A stretch of DNA of 64,000 nt, taken from Eledone cirrhosa (Eukaryota). Every line of letters begins with the position of its first letter. Position 1 is the stretch's first letter. Shown in pieces: positions 56,776 through 64,000 of the stretch. The stretch lies in NCBI GenBank assembly GCA_964016885.1, contig OZ024759.1, forward strand, positions 30,814,001 to 30,878,000, read 5' to 3'. A model generated the notes under the pieces. It did no database searches. It worked only from the letters and a program-made list of their open reading frames with translations, and had not been told where the DNA came from. The translations under genes and the position numbers were made by a program.

Positions 56776-56803
56776 GTATAATGTATATATGTATATATGT
56801 ATA

Positions 56804-56895
<92 letters not shown>

Positions 56896-57959
56896 AATTT
56901 ATTTATACATCCATCCCATACATACATACATACATATTTGTTGTTTCGAGACTTTTCCATTACTGAACAAGATGGCGTAAATTTTAGGAAGTATCTTGCC
57001 TCTGGCATCGATTTATTTTTTGTATTGATAAAAAAAGGAAGAAAAATAAACTGCTGAATGAGATATGTACAGCTTGTGTATTTCATTGATATAGTGTTTA
57101 CATATGTGAAGCATTTTATATTTGCGCTTCTTGTCTGATATTATCTTGAGGGTCATTTTGAATATTGCTGGTATGTCTATCATCTGCATACCAATTTTAC
57201 GTATAGCATTTTTTCTATTGGACTATTTTCTAATGTAAATACAGTACATATAATTCTATACTAATAGAAATGTAGTTTTTATTTTCATATATATTTTTTT
57301 TTCTAGCCGTTCTATTGCGCTGTAATCATAAACACACCGTTGTAGCTCATTTCAATGATTTCAATTGAGAGATATATTTTCTAGAGACGAGATAAACTCA
57401 GCCATTCTTCTCTTTTTATTTTGCCGACAGTAGACAATTTATATATAGCCATGGTGTTTAATACCACCTTTAACAGTCTAACTTGCTGTAAATCTTCATT
57501 TATCCAAGATCATGACCTTTAAATAACTCACAGCTGTATCAGGGGAGCAGCTGATATGTCCGCGAGTTACATTAGGAAAGACCTAATCGATATTATGAAG
57601 TGAATAGGCAACAAATACAGATATAATTCTGGTACGAACATATTCTATCACAAATAGAATTTCAAAAGAAAATTCTGAACGTTTGTTAACTAACAGAGGA
57701 GTGAATAAACGTAAAACAATGAATAAAATATCATTTAATATTAAAGCCAATATTCAAGATATAATGTATATGTTTGGTACCGTAACTTCAGAAGGAGTCC
57801 CAGGGGTATCTTATTGACATATGACGTTTCTTTTAAAGCCCGGTGGACTCCATCTCTTTTCCAGGTCTGAATACAGCAGAGAGAGATAGAGAGTAAGGGA
57901 GTGGAATGACAAAGATATATATATATAATAAATTTATATAAATAAAGAATTATATATAA

Positions 57960-58135
57960 TAATTGTTTCTACGTTTGATACAAGACCAGTAATTACCAGT
58001 GCATTACTGGTACTTTATTTTATCGACCCTGTAAGGATGAAAGGCAAAGTTAACCTCGGCGGGATTTGAACTCAGAATGGCAAGGACCGTAACTCTATAC
58101 GTCAAAGCATGGCGTCCGACCCTCTACCGATACTA
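57960..58135 (-). mobile_element. SINE family A
   Basis: Near-complete body. Confidence 0.8.
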
Positions 58136-58199
58136 TATATATATATAATGGAAAACGAAGAATCGGTGATGCATCGGAACACAATGTGGATTGGCAGTA

Positions 58200-58239
<40 letters not shown>

Positions 58240-58539
58240 ATATATATATGTATGTATAGTATGGGCCCGTAGCTTCCAAAAGCGGCATATTGATATATGG
58301 CGTTTCTAGGGCATTTTTTAAACCTAGCATCTCCTCTCCTGGTCTGAATACATCGGATTTTCTCCGGAGAAGGAGAGAAAGTGATAGAAAGGTAGTGAGA
58401 AATCGATATAGAGGGAGACCCCAATACTAGACTATCGTGTGACGATAAATTCCGCCAGTTGCAGCAGACCGCACATCAACATGAGATATCTCTCTTCACA
58501 AAGTTCGATCACCAGCAGCAGAATTCAAAGAGCAAAGAT

Positions 58540-58700
58540 CAAATCAAGTCCAGTACTAGACTGCTTCTTTTTTTATCGACCTTAAATGGATGAAAGGCAA
58601 AGTTGAACACAGCGGGATTTTAATTCAGACAGCAGAGAGTCGAAACAAATACTACAAAACATTCTATCCGACGTTCTAACGATTCTGACAATTCTCTGCC
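58540..58700 (-). mobile_element. SINE family A, diverged
   Basis: Contains ttttatcgacc...ggatgaaaggcaaagttga. Confidence 0.65.
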
Positions 58701-59337
58701 TATCTTTTATGATAACATCTTGATTAATAAAGCTATATTATCTACCCCCATGTGCTTTAATCATGAATTCATCATCCGTTTAATATGGAAACTGCCGTGA
58801 GTTAACGTTAAATGAAAAACATAAATAATCGGAAAATAGAATCTTAAAAATTGATTATGAATGGTTTTGATTATAGAAATATCACCGCTGATTTCAGAGC
58901 CAAAGGGCTAGAGAGAAATAATACTATTTCTGCAAGCTGCTCTTACAAAAGCACAGATTCAAAATCTAAATCCTCAGACAAGAAGAAAATGAAAACGTGC
59001 TGACAAAATTCAATCAAATACTTAACTACCCTGTCTTGGTTTCAGAAAAAAAAGTGTACGAGTGTCGGTTGAAAGGATTATAAGCCCACTAAGATACTCT
59101 CATGGAATGACCAAATGTAGTTTAATTTTCAACATAAATATCCGTAAGGAAACAATGCAATTATTAGTAAGAAGAATTACGGTTCCATACCATACCATAT
59201 ATATATCTAGCTCTCGAAACGGCCGGAACTCAGCCGTCGGGGTCCTGAATGTTTCCATATTACCCACTCTACTACACCAAATATCGTGTACTCTGATGAG
59301 TAATGGTCTAACTGGTTTTTACCGCCTCCATTCCGAA

Positions 59338-59373
<36 letters not shown>

Positions 59374-59458
59374 AAAAGGTAAACAGAAATAACAACACAA
59401 TCGGTACAGTATTTGGAAGGGATATATTAGGTTAACGCTTGATATAGCAGGAAGAGGG

Positions 59459-59494
59459 TCTTAACGTTTCGGACGCTAGTCCTTCATCAGAAGA
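59459..59494 (-). ncRNA. Minimal type I hammerhead with loopless palindromic stem III
   Basis: TCTT-CTGATGA-a-GGAC tagc GTCC-GAA-ACGT-T-AAGA. A decayed sister copy lies at 49086-49197. Confidence 0.72.
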
Positions 59495-59958
59495 AAGAAT
59501 GAGAAATAGAATAGATTAAGGGGACGGGCGGGATGTAATTGGAAAAAATGTCTTTAGATAAAAATAATAGGTCCATTTATGTTGACATCTCTTGCAAAAC
59601 TGTTGGTGTATATATATATATATATATACCTTTGTATCTTTACTCATTAAAACGTTCTACATAGTTGTTTAAACATAGGTTCTTCAACATATGAATTACC
59701 CTATTTGCTGGCCTATTGGACGCCCCATCCTATAAGACGTCCCTTGCTTTACAAGGGCATTTTTAAGGAAAAAAGGATTTTAGCACTTGATATATTTAGA
59801 GAGGTTCATGTTGTCCTAATACTGTCAAAACATGGTAAAACGCACTCACTGCTTGTGTGTATATATGTGTGTATGTGTGTATGTGCGTACATATACATAC
59901 ATACATACATACATACATACATACATACATACATACATACATACATACATACATACAT

Positions 59959-62030
59959 TATGTTCCCCACTCTTGGATGATAGAAGCCCTCCAACTTGCT
60001 AAAGTCCCAGACATTATTATCAGAGCCATAGAGAGGATGTCTTCTTCTTGGGCTACTATCCTAAGGTTAAAGACAGAGAGGGAGGACTCTATTTTCACTG
60101 ATAAAATAAAATATTGCAGGGGTATATTTCATGGGGACAGGCTCTCTGTGATATTATTCATCTTGTCATTAAACCCCTTGTCCTTTCTGCTCAAGAAATG
60201 TGAGGGATACATCATTGGCTCACAGGAGGACAGAAATACGAACCTAACCCATAATTTCTTTCTGGATGATCTGAAACTCTACGCCAAGAACATGGATGGG
60301 ATGAAGAAAAATCTTGACCTGATTACAACGTTCTCAAAGGATATAGGAATGGAGTTTGGCCAGGATAAATGCTCATAGATGACTGTAAAGCGGGGGAAAA
60401 CAACAACCCAATCTAGCAACATTGTCATCAATGGCCTAACTGTTTCACCGATATCTGATGAAGACTGCTACAGATACCTGGGGATAGATGAGAACATATC
60501 CTATAATGGTATCTGTAATAAAGAACGCGTAACCAAGGAATACTACACCCGATTAAGAAAGATCTGGTCATCGTTCCGATGATCTCTGCGCAAAACAAAA
60601 CAGTGGCTCACAATGTGTTTGCTGTGTCTGTCCTAACACCAACGTTTGGAATACTCAATTGGACGATAGACATCCGAGCAGTTGATGTTGGAACTCGAAA
60701 AATACTGAACAACACCGGAAACTTCCACATCAACAGTGACATAAACCGCCTTTACTTGAAACGTAAGCAGGGAGGCAGGGGCCTAACATCAATCCAGACA
60801 TTTGAATATCGCATCAAATCTCTCCGACAACATCTGCGAACCTCGAAGCGTAGGAGCCCGTTTCTCGAACATCTGCATGAAACAGATAAGATCATGAGAG
60901 TTGGGAAGGAACTCCTCGAGAGATATTCCCTGTGTGATAATCAAAAACTCACACCCAGGGATGTCGCAAAGCAGTATCGCAGTGAATCCATGGATGAAAA
61001 ACTGCATGGCTATCAGCAAAAAATCATGCATGGATATGTTGCCAGGAAGCTCCAGAGTGAGAGTAATATAGATAAGGAAAGTAGTCTTTCTTGGACCAAC
61101 GACCGCTATATTGGCTCCCACTTTGAAGGATACGCTTTTGCAATCCATGATTGATTCCCAAAAAGATAGGGATGCAGGCAAAACACCTAGATGTGATAAC
61201 AAGTGCAGACTCTGCAGAACTAACATCGAGGATATCACCCATGTCATCAACAGCTGTCCAAAGATGTCATCGCGGTACTATCTACCTATGAGGCATGATG
61301 TAGTGACCAAAACACTGAACAATGCAGTTCGTAAAAAAGATAGCCCCGAAAATAAACACATTAAAAGCTACAGCAATGTGGAAGAACTCCATGTACATAA
61401 TATGAAAGAGTACTGGTGGAATGTTCCAGTAAAAACCCCAATAAAATGCAAGCATAACAGACCAGATATTATGATATGGGACAGGGAGAAGAAAGCATGC
61501 ACAGTAGTGGAAATTAGCTGCCCAGCAGATGCCAATATAATATCAAAGATTAGTGGAAAGGAGAACATTTATGCAGAACTGATGAGAAATCTGCAGATAC
61601 TCCACCCTGATTATACCTTCAGATTTATACCTGTGATTATTGGGGCACTGGGATATGTTAGTAACTGCCTCAGTACAAATCTTGAGAAGCTGGGATTCAC
61701 TGGAACAGAAAGAACACAACTAGTTAGGAAATTACAAGTACAATCCATTAATGGAACAGTAAAAATATGTAAGACATTCCCAAAATTTTGCATCTAATAA
61801 TTGCATATACACATATACAGATGCAAAGCATATACACATGCACACATACAACTCAAAACATCCACATACACACATACAATAACATCCATATCTACACATG
61901 CATGCATATATGCATACATACATACCTACCTAGTTGATGTGTAAATTCCAATGAGAGAGTCTTGTGTCTATGTTAGAAAGCGACTCTCTCTCTATTGGTA
62001 AAACTTTGTGAAATTATAAAACCAGAAGAA
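59959..62030 (+). mobile_element. 5'-truncated R4/Dong-like non-LTR retrotransposon with RLE endonuclease, decayed, inserted in (TACA)n
   Basis: VPHSW, GIFHGDRLS, FLDDLKLY, YRYLG, GGRGL, CRLC...HVINSC, RHD, RPDI and VVEISCP motifs, with stops and frameshifts. (CATA)n lies on both flanks. Confidence 0.85.
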
Positions 62031-62044
62031 CATACATACATACA

Positions 62045-62075
<31 letters not shown>

Positions 62076-62612
62076 TTATATATATATAACTTATGTGGGT
62101 GTAATAAATGAAACTGAAAAAAAGAAGCAATGAAATTCCAGTGGAGTTGTACTTATATGAAAAATAATGGAATAATAGTAAAAATATAGTAGAACTGATG
62201 ACTGTTGTATAGCCTGAATGATTCCTTCTTAATGGAGTTTGTTTTTCTTTTAAATTTCTCTTGAATTTAAATTACCTATAACATTAGGATGCTATTTATA
62301 AACACATTATTGTTGCATGCATTTTCTCTCTCTCTGTTCAACAGCCTTTCATATTTTATCGATCTTTTTGTATATTTTTTAAAGATAATCATTATGAAAT
62401 GTGTTGAAAAATCAATTAAGATATGTATTTATTAATGTTCTGCTTTGATTTTACTGTGTCAGGTTAGTGGGCGGAACAGAATTATCCTTCAGTAAAATAC
62501 ATTACTGTAAATTTTTATCATCCATCTTTGAAATATTCATCTATGTTGCTCTTATAAATATGTTGTACGGTCTGTAATAATAGATTTTTAGCAGACTGAT
62601 ACATCACTGTTA

Positions 62613-62806
62613 CAGACCTGCCAACCTCTAAAAACCAAACGGGGAGTACCATGAAAAAAAGTACCGCAAAACGTGGAGAAATGAGGCAAAATGGGGAGAT
62701 TTTATATAATGAAAGCTATATCCATTTTCACAAGAGAAGACATATTTTAGTCACTCCAAAGTGGGTGGGAGATCTCGCCGTCGGACGGGGAGAGTTGACA
62801 GGTCTG
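62613..62806. mobile_element. Non-autonomous DNA transposon (MITE)
   Basis: TIRs CAGACCTGCCAAC and GTTGACAGGTCTG match at 12 of 13 positions. No clear TSD. Confidence 0.55.
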
Positions 62807-63747
62807 CAGTTATTAATTTTGGTATTCCAGTAAGGGTTTGCTTGAGTCGAAAACCTGCTCTTCTGGTATCTCTATCGTTCGACTATTAGATTTGATAACT
62901 CAGTAAGGGTTTTCTAATTTGAACACCTGCTCTTGTGGTGTCTCTGTTATTAGAATGACCATTGGTCTTGGTACTTCAGCAAGGCTTATATTAAGACCAG
63001 TTCTTGCAATGTTTCTTTTGAACGACTAATTTAGGTATTTAAGCAAAGGTTTCAGTCGAACACCTGCGCCTGTGGTATTGCTATTCTACAACTATTAATG
63101 GTTATTTGAGCCACACACCTGCTCTTACAGTCTCTATTAAAGGTTAAATGATTTACGTATTGCCGTTAAAGAAATTTCTACTTTCGAACATTTCCCCTGT
63201 TAGAGTCCTCTTTTCAAAATACAATGTAACTTATCTGTTTATTTCATGTTATATTTATCACACTCTCCTGTCATCGACATTTGAGTTATGTGTATAGTTT
63301 CTTTGGTGTTACATCTGTATCTAAATCTATTGTTCTCATTTATCGATGGTTGAACGCATAAATAGGATACATATGCCATTGTAGCTATTCAGTTTATTGT
63401 TAGTGTTGTAATTGAAAATAGATTTATAAATAGTGTTACAGCATAAATCAAAGACACATTGTAAAATATTATAGTGTTGTTGTTGACTTTATAGATAATT
63501 TCCCTCTCTCACCCACTCACACTCTCTCTTTAACTCTCTTTCTCTCTCTCACTTTCTCTCTCTCTCGTTCTCTCCCTCTGGTCCTCTCTCTATTGCTCTC
63601 TCTATGTATGTATATATCGTATGGAATGCGGTGTTGTAATACAATATATGGTACTATAAATATCTGCTGTAAACATTGTATTATCAATACATAAGAGTAT
63701 GTATATGTGTGTTGTTTATAATTGTGTTTACACACACACGCGCACAA

Positions 63748-63821
<74 letters not shown>

Positions 63822-63842
63822 ATGTGTGTATATATATATATG

Positions 63843-63939
<97 letters not shown>

Positions 63940-63956
63940 CAGAGATAACGAAAACT

Positions 63957-63996
63957 AATATAGAATTGGCTTCTACAAGACTAGAACTGTTTCATT
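63957..63996 (-). mobile_element. H1-family 3' fragment at the window end
   Basis: taatatagaattggcttctacaagactagaactgtttcatt matches the H1 3' end (53676 subtype). Confidence 0.6.
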
Positions 63997-64000
63997 GTAT

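Noticed and set aside
59293-59338. CTGATGA...GAAA hammerhead candidate
   Set aside because: Homologous family C copies read TTGGTGC at this position, and stems I and III are absent, so it is likely chance.

Overview
This is AT-rich, microsatellite-saturated eukaryotic DNA with no recognisable host gene exons. The SINE family and repeat landscape resemble octopus/cephalopod DNA (inference). Nearly all ORF-track entries are translations of (TA)n, (TG)n, (AGT)n or (GA)n repeats. The real coding sequence is retrotransposon-derived: (1) an apparently intact two-ORF Tx1/L1-clade LINE at about 32490-38225 on the minus strand, flanked by TA repeats; (2) a 5'-truncated, decayed R4/Dong-like element with a restriction-like endonuclease, inserted in a (TACA)n tract at 59959-62030; (3) fragments of RTE, Penelope-like RT and an APE endonuclease. 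About 20 tRNA-derived SINE copies are present. The most notable unannotated signal is a set of about 10 type I hammerhead-ribozyme folds from several unrelated short element families embedded in (TA)n tracts. They include minimal forms with palindromic stem III and a U3-A8 compensatory core variant. Many sit in inverted repeats whose centre lies just 5' of the ribozyme, resembling Penelope pLTR or retrozyme-like elements. All folds were read by eye and none has been tested.
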